Shown here piece by piece: positions 9,182 through 17,978 of a DNA stretch of 64,000 nt; positions within the stretch are counted from its first letter, which is position 1, and each line of letters opens with the position of its first letter. The translations under genes were made by a program, and so were the position numbers. The stretch is from Actinomycetota bacterium (GTDB lineage Bacteria; Actinomycetota; Actinomycetes; Actinomycetales; Microbacteriaceae). The stretch lies in the NCBI GenBank assembly GCA_039804775.1, contig JBDLVN010000062.1, positions 10,110 through 74,109 of the forward strand. Direction: 5' to 3'. The notes below the pieces were generated by a model. That model was not told the DNA's origin, ran no database searches, and was given only the letters and a program-made list of their open reading frames with translations.

Positions 9182-11388
9182 AAACCCTGACCACTATTGA
9201 CATGGCCTTGCCAGATCTCAGGAATAAACCATGCCCCTGGAGCCAACTCGCTCAATTGCTCTGCAAGATGCGGCCAATCGACATCGCCTTCGCCAACCTG
9301 AACTCCTTCACCGTCAACTCCCGTTGCATCAACAAGGTGAAGGTGAATGGTGTGAGGCGCCAGCAACTTGATTGCATCGCTAAATGAGATTCCCAGGTGG
9401 TTTGTCGCCAACTTTGTGTGCGAGATGTCGAGACAAAGTGGCGTTCCTGTTTCGATGGCGAATTCGGCCGTGTCGATAGGGTCTAAAAACAGATTGTGAA
9501 ATTGTTGCCCGCCCATGAGCCACGGGTAGGGAGGCAGCGTCTGGGCAGCGATTCTTACACCAGAAGTGTCGAGCTGCCTAAGGGCATCGGCAATTCTGGA
9601 GTACATTGCCTTTCGAGCTGAAGGAACAACCGGCTTGTCTTTTGTAAAACCGCCCATGGTCACAACCATAATTGGATCAGCGTCGGTATTAAAGTATTTC
9701 TTCATTGAGCGCGTGACATCAATGGTTCTTTGAACTTCTGCGATTGAACGCCGCCATATGGCGTCGTCAGTAGAAGCAAGGTCAACCAAAAAGTCACCCG
9801 CGAATAAGTCGGGCAGGTGAGTCGTAAAAGCCATGTCGAGTCGTTCGGTGAAAACAGTATCGATGTCGATTTCTAGATCTCGATATGAGAAGTGAAACTC
9901 CAAGAAATCAGGCTTGCAATCAGCAATTAGAGGTGTGAAGTCGTGGTATCTCACAGGAAGCCCCCACGGCCGGTCAAATCGATATTGACGCCCGCGCGGC
10001 ACTTCACCCTTTAAATCGCCTTCGAAGAAGAAATCGCCGGCGGTCATAGGCCGCTGAATTACGAGGCCGATCAAGTTTTGCATTTGATTTGGCTGAAGGC
10101 CGCGACCTGGGCTCTTGATGTCAATGTCAGCCTCGGTCAACGTTTCACCGGCAGCGATATCACGGCTTGCAACCAATGATTTTGCTAGGTTAACTCGGTT
10201 CATCATTTCGCCAGTCGAAACGGTTCTTGGGTTTGCGTTGCCCATAGAAAGCTCTACTTCGCGAATTTGCTCGACCATTAGCTCGAATTCGTCAGGCAAC
10301 AGTGAAACGGTGTGATCGTTGCCCTCCATCGTTCGATCGACGGTGAAGTGCTTTTCTACAACCGTTGCCCCAAGAGCAACAGCGGCCACCGGAACGTGCC
10401 AGCCTCGTTCATGGCCAGAGTAACCAACTGGTGCACCCGAAATTTCATGCAACCGAGACATGTAAGTGAGATTAATGTCTTTAAAGGGCGCTGGGTAGGT
10501 TGACTGGCAGTGCAACATCACGAAACTAGCGCCAATTCGATTAAGAAGATTCACCGCTTCAACGATTTCTGACTCTTGAGACATTCCTGTGCTCAAGATC
10601 AAGGGCAAGCCATATGAGCCAGCAAATTCGATAAGTTCGTGATTGGTCAAGTCAGCAGAGGCGATTTTTAGCCCTGCAATGCCGTAATCAATGAGGGCTT
10701 TGGCACTGGGGATGTCCCAAGGCGTGCACATGATGTCAATGTTTCGAGACCTGGCGTAGTCAAATACTTCGAAAAGAGATTCTGCAGGCAGGGAGTATTT
10801 CTTGAGCAAATCGAGAGTGTATTGCGCACCTAGGTCTTCACCCTCAGAAGCTCCATCACTCTTTCGATAAAGTGCATCCATGTCACGCAACTGAAACTTC
10901 ACGGCACTAGCTCCAGCCTTAGCTGCGAGATCAACTAGTTCTTTTGCGAGTTCAACTGAACCGTTGTGATTATTGCCAATTTCGGCGATTATGAATGCTG
11001 GATGCCCTGGTCCGATTTCATGCGAACCGATTCGAAATGACTGGGATTGATTTAGGGCTACTGAAACTAAGTGCCCCTTGCCGTCGACCAACGGAATCTG
11101 GCTTATTGAATCGTTGAAATACGCTTTAATCTCAGCTGATTTCAGGCCAGATGAAAGCGCCACAGTGTTTAGATTGCAAGCCTCGCGGCAAGTTACATCG
11201 AGGCTCTTACCTGGGTTAGCCAGCACCCAACGACGAAAGTCGCCGTCGGTCAAAGATCCAATCAATAGGCCGTGCTCATCGACACAAAAAACGATTCTTC
11301 GCTTATTTTCAGAGATTTTGTTCAACGCAACGCTGATGGGGTCGTCGGCGAACACCACAAAAGGCAAAACATTTTTTTCAATAATCAA
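9145..11388 (-). CDS. nonulosonic-acid synthase family protein, CBS-NeuB-SAF-TIM-barrel fusion
   Basis: 747 aa. N-terminal CBS-pair-like region; NeuB signature IIAEIGNNHNG; SAF-like LVASRDIAAGETLT. The C-terminal ~270 aa resemble a xylose-isomerase-like TIM barrel. TTG start overlaps the downstream stop (TTGA). Confidence 0.85.
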   Translation of the reverse strand: MIIEKNVLPFVVFADDPISVALNKISENKRRIVFCVDEHGLLIGSLTDGDFRRWVLANPGKSLDVTCREACNLNTVALSSGLKSAEIKAYFNDSISQIPLVDGKGHLVSVALNQSQSFRIGSHEIGPGHPAFIIAEIGNNHNGSVELAKELVDLAAKAGASAVKFQLRDMDALYRKSDGASEGEDLGAQYTLDLLKKYSLPAESLFEVFDYARSRNIDIMCTPWDIPSAKALIDYGIAGLKIASADLTNHELIEFAGSYGLPLILSTGMSQESEIVEAVNLLNRIGASFVMLHCQSTYPAPFKDINLTYMSRLHEISGAPVGYSGHERGWHVPVAAVALGATVVEKHFTVDRTMEGNDHTVSLLPDEFELMVEQIREVELSMGNANPRTVSTGEMMNRVNLAKSLVASRDIAAGETLTEADIDIKSPGRGLQPNQMQNLIGLVIQRPMTAGDFFFEGDLKGEVPRGRQYRFDRPWGLPVRYHDFTPLIADCKPDFLEFHFSYRDLEIDIDTVFTERLDMAFTTHLPDLFAGDFLVDLASTDDAIWRRSIAEVQRTIDVTRSMKKYFNTDADPIMVVTMGGFTKDKPVVPSARKAMYSRIADALRQLDTSGVRIAAQTLPPYPWLMGGQQFHNLFLDPIDTAEFAIETGTPLCLDISHTKLATNHLGISFSDAIKLLAPHTIHLHLVDATGVDGEGVQVGEGDVDWPHLAEQLSELAPGAWFIPEIWQGHVNSGQGFWVALDRLEQWF

Positions 11389-12095
11389 TCTGCAGCACCG
11401 TCTCTGATGATTTCATTTTTATATTTTTTCAAAAGCTGTTCGGCGATGGCAAAGTCGACTTCGGTGTCAATATCAACACCCTCGGCTTCACGCATCACGA
11501 AGATGCCAGTTTTCTGACAAATTCGATTGGCGCTTTCTTCAAAGCTTGAGGTTCTAGTTATATACAAGGAACCTGTTTCGCGATAAAACATCTCACTTGC
11601 AGAAAGATCCTGACGCCGAGGGCGGGCTTGGGTGTCATAAAGAGGATGGGTTTCAGGGTTCTGACGCCACAGAAACGGGGTTTGCGCAACAACGCCAACA
11701 AGTGAATCGAGCCCTTGCTCAATGAACTGTTTGATTGCCGCATCGATTGTGCCCAAAAACCTGATTGGAGAGGTCGCTTGCAAAAGCATGATTGCATCGG
11801 GCTTCGCGTTCAACGATGCTCTGAAATCTATCGCATGTTGCATGACTGGTTCAGTTGCGGCGAGATCGGTTGCGAGCTCTGCTGGCCTTAGAAATGGAAC
11901 ATCCGCACCAAAACTTGAAGAAATTTTAGCGAGCTCTGGACTGTCTGTTGAAACCAAAACATCTAACTCAAAATTTGCATCGCGAGCCTGCAAGATAGTC
12001 CAGGCGACAAGAGGCAAACCTGCGATTAGCTTCGAATTTTTTCCAGGGATTCCCTTCGAACCACCTCGAACCGGAATCACGCAAAGTATTTTCAC
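11385..12095 (-). CDS. acylneuraminate (CMP-nonulosonate) cytidylyltransferase
   Basis: 236 aa. MKILCVIPVRGGSKGIPGKN motif typical of the NeuA/CMP-NulO synthetase family. GTG start in a GTGA overlap. Confidence 0.85.
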   Translation of the reverse strand: MKILCVIPVRGGSKGIPGKNSKLIAGLPLVAWTILQARDANFELDVLVSTDSPELAKISSSFGADVPFLRPAELATDLAATEPVMQHAIDFRASLNAKPDAIMLLQATSPIRFLGTIDAAIKQFIEQGLDSLVGVVAQTPFLWRQNPETHPLYDTQARPRRQDLSASEMFYRETGSLYITRTSSFEESANRICQKTGIFVMREAEGVDIDTEVDFAIAEQLLKKYKNEIIRDGAAD

Positions 12096-13159
12096 CTAGT
12101 AGAGTCTAGCAATCTCAATAAAGTGCGAGAAATAGCGAATGCAGGCATGATCTCGGGCTGAATCGGTGCTTTCGTCGGAGATCCTCCCCAACTGCCCATT
12201 TGATAGCGATTCCAGAACTCAAAAAGCCAATCAACAGGTTTTTCACACGTAACCCATGACTGAACCCCGGCAGCGGCAGCTTCGAGCACACCGGTTGAAA
12301 AAATGGAGATTACCGGTCGAGTGTTAGACCCCATCGAAGTCATCATCGAATCAAAATTAACCCCTCGGAGCCTCCAGATGCGATGTTGAGCAATCGATAA
12401 TCTGTCGATCTCGGCAGGGTGAGGTCGATAAAGAGCACCATTGTTGAGACAAAATCTAACGGCTGTCGAGGCAGAGGTGGTTCTGGCGATTTCAGCTCCA
12501 TGCAGCTGACCTAAGAAAATCGGCGCTTGTTTTTCATTCGTTTGAAGTTGCGATTGGCTGGCGTCCCAAAGCAACTGAGAACCAACAACTTCATGAGAAA
12601 TGTCTGACCTGCCGGATGCCCAGAAGTCACCATCAGAAGCGCTGAATACTAGCGCATGACTATTTTCTGGCAATGGCGGGGCGAATGGGGTAAGCAGCCC
12701 ATGTTGAGCAACAACATATTTTGCATTTAACTCGCGTGCCCATAGCTCAGCAGCTTTTCCAGCCGGAAGATAATGGCCTCCAGAGAAAATAACTTTGATG
12801 GCAGCTAGTTCTTTAGGAATATCTGCCGAACTTGCAAGAACTATTGGATTGCACAGTGCACGGTGTGTGAGTTCATTTGCTGGCAGCAGTGATGACAATT
12901 TTTGACTTATGTCTTCACTTGCAATAACTGCGACTCGACTGATGTCAATGTGCTTCAGCGGTTGGAGGAAGGCCGCAACTGCGGTTGGAGTGGTTGCATC
13001 AACTGCTATCAGTAATTCGGGATTTTCGCCGAATACAGAAACAAAAAGACTTGCGGCAGTTGTTCGCTTAAGGATTCGAGCCTTAATCTGCCGGCCGAGG
13101 TGCCGAGAATCTTGCCATTTCTGCCAGGCATCGAGGTCTTCGGAAAATTTCAAAGGCAT
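12092..13159 (-). CDS. hypothetical protein, candidate glycan (nonulosonate?) transferase
   Basis: 355 aa with no family I can name. Translationally coupled to the cytidylyltransferase gene. Contains an LYRPHPAE segment reminiscent of the HP motif of bacterial sialyl/Kdo transferases (weak). Confidence 0.55.
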   Translation of the reverse strand: MPLKFSEDLDAWQKWQDSRHLGRQIKARILKRTTAASLFVSVFGENPELLIAVDATTPTAVAAFLQPLKHIDISRVAVIASEDISQKLSSLLPANELTHRALCNPIVLASSADIPKELAAIKVIFSGGHYLPAGKAAELWARELNAKYVVAQHGLLTPFAPPLPENSHALVFSASDGDFWASGRSDISHEVVGSQLLWDASQSQLQTNEKQAPIFLGQLHGAEIARTTSASTAVRFCLNNGALYRPHPAEIDRLSIAQHRIWRLRGVNFDSMMTSMGSNTRPVISIFSTGVLEAAAAGVQSWVTCEKPVDWLFEFWNRYQMGSWGGSPTKAPIQPEIMPAFAISRTLLRLLDSTR

Positions 13160-13185
13160 CTATTAAGCATAAACGCGCGTTGCAC

Positions 13186-14319
13186 CTAGTTATAAAGTAA
13201 CTTTTCGGCCTGGCGACGCATTTCAGAAATAAATTTTTGCTCAGAGAACAAGTCGGCATGCTCTACGATTGCATCGTTGTTCCAGTCTGCGCATTCGAAG
13301 GCTTCTAATGCAAGCGAAATTTGCTCTTGGGTGGGCTCATCAAAGAACACGCCAGTGATGCCCTCAGCAACGGTGTCAAGATAACCTCCGGCTCGCAAGG
13401 CAATGGCCGGCACACCGCGCGCGGCAGCCTCGATTACCGTTAGCCCAAAATCTTCAAATGATGGCGCGATGATTGCTTTTGCGTTGGAATAGAGCCAGTT
13501 CAACTGGCTATCACTGATATTTGAGAACAACCTAACATTCTCGGGCAAATTCTCATTCAACTGCTGGAACATCGGCCCGCTGCCAACCACGATTAGAGAT
13601 CGATCCTGCCTTGATCTAAAAGCCTCAATTGCCTTGTCGACATTTTTGTAGGGCAGCAACCTAGACACGAGAATGTAAAAGTTACCCTCGGTACCAGCCA
13701 ACCTGCCCAACAGAAGTGATTTTGCGTCTGATGAGCGTTCAAGTGAGGTCGGCGGAAAAACTAGGTCAGACTCAATTTGATATGTATCAAATATTCGCGA
13801 TCTGACGACAGTTGAGTTTGCCAGGTATTTAGTTGCCCGACGGGCCGCCTTTTTGTCAAAAAATTTCAGGGCTGGGCGAACCAAAGAGACCATTGACTTG
13901 ATTAACTGGGCTTTGATCCCTCGGCCAAGATATTCATCGGCCAGATAAAGATATCTCGGCGGGGTGTGGCAATAGACGAGAACGGGAGCGTCGGTTTTCA
14001 CTGCATGCGCAAAGGCACTGCTTGACACCACGACCAGATCTGCGTCAATTTTTATTGACTCGATTGCTGATGGAAGCAAAAATAATGCAAGACGGTGATT
14101 CTTTCTAAAAAGCGAAACGCTATTAAGCCAAGAGGTGCGAACATCCAAGTCTCTAAATTCAGGAAAAGTTTCTTCTGGGCTAAAGAGAGATGTGTAAAGA
14201 TCTGCTTCTGGAAAAGCCTTGAGAATAGAGAGAACCACTCTCTCAGCACCACCACGTTGGGTTAAATAGTCGTGGACCACGGCGACTCTTGGCGTGTAAT
14301 CGATGTCTTGTGCATGCAT
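13186..14319 (-). CDS. GT-B (GT4-like) glycosyltransferase
   Basis: 377 aa. GGAERV N-terminal motif and C-terminal EDFGLTVIEAAARGVPAIA. Confidence 0.8.
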   Translation of the reverse strand: MHAQDIDYTPRVAVVHDYLTQRGGAERVVLSILKAFPEADLYTSLFSPEETFPEFRDLDVRTSWLNSVSLFRKNHRLALFLLPSAIESIKIDADLVVVSSSAFAHAVKTDAPVLVYCHTPPRYLYLADEYLGRGIKAQLIKSMVSLVRPALKFFDKKAARRATKYLANSTVVRSRIFDTYQIESDLVFPPTSLERSSDAKSLLLGRLAGTEGNFYILVSRLLPYKNVDKAIEAFRSRQDRSLIVVGSGPMFQQLNENLPENVRLFSNISDSQLNWLYSNAKAIIAPSFEDFGLTVIEAAARGVPAIALRAGGYLDTVAEGITGVFFDEPTQEQISLALEAFECADWNNDAIVEHADLFSEQKFISEMRRQAEKLLYN

Positions 14320-14471
14320 GTCAGTACAAGCCTAGATAATAACGCTGTCTTTTTGTTAGCTATGCTTTAAAGAAGTGTCTTCAACTTCTGACAACATTCC
14401 TGAAGAAACGGAGCGTCAAAATTAGCACGCTTCTAATATCTAAGCGACGTGCTTCGCGATCGAAACCACGC

Positions 14472-15602
14472 ATGACGAGCCCGTGGTACGAACTGATAAA
14501 GGTTCAGGCGCCGAACGCAAGGTCAATAGCCGTAATCGCACTTGGTGCACTCTTCAATGTGCGCCTGGTTTTGCCTAGCACGAGTTTTTATTTTGGCGAC
14601 TTTGCGGCATTTATATTAATTTTGCTTAGCCTGTCAAAGCCGCCGCGTTTTTCATCTGCAAATTCATTTTATGCATCAATCACAGGTGTGTTGTTGATAT
14701 TTTTATGCCTTGAGAGCTACGCAAATGGCACCGACTTCAGCCGTCGCATGTTGCGCTTGGCGATTCTTATTGTGCTGGCTGGTTTCATTGCAAGTGGCAG
14801 AGTCGATGCAGTTCAGTTACTGGGCGGTATCGGGCTAGGCCTCTTCGTTAATTTTGCGCTTTATTATTTGGGTCTGACCCCAGAAAGTGGTTACGTCGGG
14901 TGTCTGACCGGATTTCTAGCCGATAAGAATGTGGCTGGGTTTTACTATTCCGTTTTCACGTTCGCTATTTTGGCAATGGTGCGATCGCCTTGGGCACGTT
15001 TTTTGGTTCTCACGCTCGGCATGGCTGCAGTGTTCCTGACGTTTTCTCGCACATCGATGGTGGCGATGGCTTTTGGAATCATTTGGCTTCTCGTCGGGCG
15101 GCGGGCGGGGTTTTTTTCAAAAGCCGTTTTTGCAACTATCTCTTATTTTGCCTACATATATCTTGAGAAGAAAGTTGCTCTGGTTGGTATTTTTGCTGAC
15201 CGCAGCGGAAGCGATGCGCTTCGGTCAAGAATCGATGCTGCCACCGCCGTCGTTACGCGAGACGTTCCTTGGTTCGGCAAGGGTTTAGGTACCGCGAAAG
15301 TTGAAGTAGGAGAATACTCTTTTTTCTTTCACAACTCATACCTCGGATTAGTGATGGAAGGTGGCTGGTTTTTTGCCTTCATTGTTCTATTTGGATTAAT
15401 CGCGGTCACAGTTCGCCCGTTTGCAAAACCACCATTTAGCTTTTCAGAGGTCGCGATCCAAGCTGCAGGCATCGCCTTGCTACTCTGTGCAACACGCCTT
15501 GGTGAAGTATTCATGGCATTGCCAACATTTGTTGTTCTGGGGTGCGGAATGCAGATTCTGCTGTCAAAAAAATCTGAAAATCACTTACAAAATTCTGCTT
15601 AA
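14472..15602 (+). CDS. O-antigen polymerase/ligase-like (Wzy_C-like) membrane protein
   Basis: 376 aa, about 10 hydrophobic segments. Central FLTFSRTSMVAMAF segment and a following loop, as in Wzy/WaaL-type proteins. Confidence 0.65.
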   Translation: MTSPWYELIKVQAPNARSIAVIALGALFNVRLVLPSTSFYFGDFAAFILILLSLSKPPRFSSANSFYASITGVLLIFLCLESYANGTDFSRRMLRLAILIVLAGFIASGRVDAVQLLGGIGLGLFVNFALYYLGLTPESGYVGCLTGFLADKNVAGFYYSVFTFAILAMVRSPWARFLVLTLGMAAVFLTFSRTSMVAMAFGIIWLLVGRRAGFFSKAVFATISYFAYIYLEKKVALVGIFADRSGSDALRSRIDAATAVVTRDVPWFGKGLGTAKVEVGEYSFFFHNSYLGLVMEGGWFFAFIVLFGLIAVTVRPFAKPPFSFSEVAIQAAGIALLLCATRLGEVFMALPTFVVLGCGMQILLSKKSENHLQNSA

Positions 15603-15621
15603 AGCTTCACCCGGAGCCAAC

Positions 15622-16632
15622 TCATTTGGATTGCTGCCAAAGGCGCTCCATGCTGACCATTCGATGCTTTATCGTGTGCTCGTTTAGCGTGCGACTCTGA
15701 GCAGCGTTCCGCATTTCACGTGAAAAGTGCTCGTCACCCGAAAGTCGCTCTGCGAATGCGACTATGTCTTGGGGTGAACTGTAAACAAGAACTTCTTTGT
15801 CTGGCTCATAAAAGTCTGAAACGTCAGCTCTATCTATCAGTTGAATAGCTCCTACACCGCCAGCCTCGAAGGTTCTGAAGTTGAATCCTTTGTGGGTGCC
15901 GTGATTATTGATAGTTGCAGATGATCCTTGCATCATGCCATAGCTTTGCTGGCGTGTCAGGTCGCGCCCAGTGGCGAATGTCGGTGCGCGAAAGTTGCCT
16001 GTGCGAATGACATCGTAAGGGTGTCTTGACCACTCTCGGCCAAAGGCAACGACGTCAAGCCCCGCAGAAGAGAGCTTCGAAAGTAAAACCTCGCGCTCAG
16101 AATATCTCGCACCGATAAACGAGACCTTGCCCCGCGATAAGTTATTTATCTGAAAACTTTGAAGGCTATCAAAACCCGCAGGAACAAACTCAGCGTTTAC
16201 CCCATTGGCGTTCAAATATTTTGTGTCAACTGAGTTGTAGCAAGCTACCGCGTCTAGGTTGCCTAGAAGTTTCAGGTCTACCGCTGAGTTTTTCAGCTCG
16301 TCATAGATCCATAGGATGTTAGGAACGCCAGCCGATTGCACAGCCTCCCACCACCTAGAGTCGAGCGATTCACCTTTGATGACAAGGACCAGGTCAGGCT
16401 TCAACTGCCTCAAAGCATCAATCGCTCGCTCTGAGCAACGGTTTGCAATTACCCGCTTAATTGTTTCTGACCCAGAAATGGCGAATCGGTTTTGCGCTCT
16501 AGCAAACAGCGTTTTTGCTTCGTCATAAACGTGGGTGCAAACCTCATAACCCAATGACTCCAGGGCGCGCGAAACTGCCAAATGGTAGCCGTGAAAAATC
16601 GGGCTAACGAGAAGCACTCTTTTTTGATTCAT
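15622..16632 (-). CDS. CgeB-family glycosyltransferase-like protein
   Basis: 336 aa. C-terminal RTFEAGGVGAIQLID...LVYSSPQD...HTIKHR pattern resembles the CgeB/Glyco_trans_1_2 family. Confidence 0.6.
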   Translation of the reverse strand: MNQKRVLLVSPIFHGYHLAVSRALESLGYEVCTHVYDEAKTLFARAQNRFAISGSETIKRVIANRCSERAIDALRQLKPDLVLVIKGESLDSRWWEAVQSAGVPNILWIYDELKNSAVDLKLLGNLDAVACYNSVDTKYLNANGVNAEFVPAGFDSLQSFQINNLSRGKVSFIGARYSEREVLLSKLSSAGLDVVAFGREWSRHPYDVIRTGNFRAPTFATGRDLTRQQSYGMMQGSSATINNHGTHKGFNFRTFEAGGVGAIQLIDRADVSDFYEPDKEVLVYSSPQDIVAFAERLSGDEHFSREMRNAAQSRTLNEHTIKHRMVSMERLWQQSK

Positions 16633-16723
16633 GACCTACCTCGCAATCAACAGCCCCACTAGGTTACATCGACATCAAAGATGCGAGCTTCGTAGTATCA
16701 GATTTATTTGAAAACAAAGCTGA

Positions 16724-17527
16724 TTACGAAACGGCACGAATTGCGTTGAATGGAAAAACGACTGCCATGACTGTTCCTACGAGGTCTTTTTTGGGTACGA
16801 AGCGAACGCAATTCTGAACAATAGTTTGCCGATTGCGACAAAGCCCAAATGAATCATTGGAGTTTGGCCGGTTGTCGCCCAGCACAAAATATTCGCCTTT
16901 TGGCACAATAAATGTTTCAAAACACCTGAGCGACTTGAGCGATGTATCACAATCCCGCACGCCCGAGACAAATGGATAATCTAGCACGTTAGCTCTCAAG
17001 GGCTCATTATCGATGACAATTTTGCCAGCCGCATCACAGCAAGAAACAGACTGCCCCCCTATAGCAACAATTCTCTTAACCAGCAGATCGTTAGCACCCG
17101 GGCCGATTCCCAAAAAAGAACTCAACCCCCGCAGCAGCGTCGAGTTGAAACCCGCCTGCTTTGTTGCTGGACTTGCCCATGCCTTAGGTCGTTGAAACAC
17201 GACAATGCTCCCAGATTTCAGTGAATCCTTAGCCATAGGCAATCTGTTTACCAGAATGCGATCTGAAAAATCGCCAGAAGAATGAAGTGTGGGTTCCATC
17301 GAAGCAGATGGAATGTAATAGATCTTTATTACGAATTGCTGAAAGGCCCACATTACGATTAGGCCCGCGAGAACCTGCAACATCAATCGCCTCTTAGATT
17401 GCTTACTTGAATGACGAAACTTCTGTGGTCTGGGTTCGTATGGCACGCTAGGGATTCCTTGAAAATTATTGGTGCTCTTGCTTACGACATAACAAAGGTA
17501 TCTCTGAATTATGTGCAAGAGGCTCAT
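16724..17527 (-). CDS. signal peptidase I (S26)
   Basis: 267 aa. Catalytic Ser box IPSASMEPTL, Lys box LVKRIVAIGG and box E GDNRPNSNDS. The N-terminal start is uncertain. Confidence 0.85.
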   Translation of the reverse strand: MSLLHIIQRYLCYVVSKSTNNFQGIPSVPYEPRPQKFRHSSKQSKRRLMLQVLAGLIVMWAFQQFVIKIYYIPSASMEPTLHSSGDFSDRILVNRLPMAKDSLKSGSIVVFQRPKAWASPATKQAGFNSTLLRGLSSFLGIGPGANDLLVKRIVAIGGQSVSCCDAAGKIVIDNEPLRANVLDYPFVSGVRDCDTSLKSLRCFETFIVPKGEYFVLGDNRPNSNDSFGLCRNRQTIVQNCVRFVPKKDLVGTVMAVVFPFNAIRAVS

Positions 17528-17554
17528 TCATTTGAAAGTGTTACAGAATACGAT

Positions 17555-17851
17555 ATGCCTATGAGTTCCTACACCGTTTGCAGCGATGTCATTTGGCTCG
17601 AGACCGTTGGCAGATGTCTGGTCTACAAAGACAAGACGAACGAAATGCTTGAGCTCAATGGTTTTGCAGCAGTGATTTTTAGCGAGATTGCAGGCAGCTT
17701 CGAATCAGTCACATTGGCATCACTCTCTGCCTTGGCAGAACAAGCGAAATCGCATTCGCGCATCGATTCTGAAGACAACGTCGAGGAGGTTGTTGCGACA
17801 CTGGTAGCCCAGCTGTCGGCATTAGATGTGATTTGCAAATTGAGCAATTAA
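17555..17851 (+). CDS. PqqD-family (RRE-like) small protein
   Basis: 98 aa from the internal ATG at 17555. The track ORF start at 17411 would overlap the signal peptidase gene. Pattern VYKDKTNEMLELNGFAAVIFSEIAG ... VEEVVATLVAQLSALDVI matches the PqqD-like winged-helix layout. Confidence 0.5.
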   Translation: MPMSSYTVCSDVIWLETVGRCLVYKDKTNEMLELNGFAAVIFSEIAGSFESVTLASLSALAEQAKSHSRIDSEDNVEEVVATLVAQLSALDVICKLSN

Positions 17852-17978
17852 CAACCAAATTGCGCATTCAACCAATTTGCATTGACCTGTTGAAATCCCT
17901 TGCCACAATAGCCGAAATTGAATGTTCAGGCTACAATCGAAGCAACGCGCAATTGAATAAATTGGGCTCGAGTGCAAG

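Noticed and set aside
17411-17554. N-terminal extension of the PqqD-like ORF.
   Set aside because: It would overlap the 5' end of the divergent signal peptidase gene, and the extension has no PqqD-like sequence. The ATG at 17555 is preferred, though unproven.
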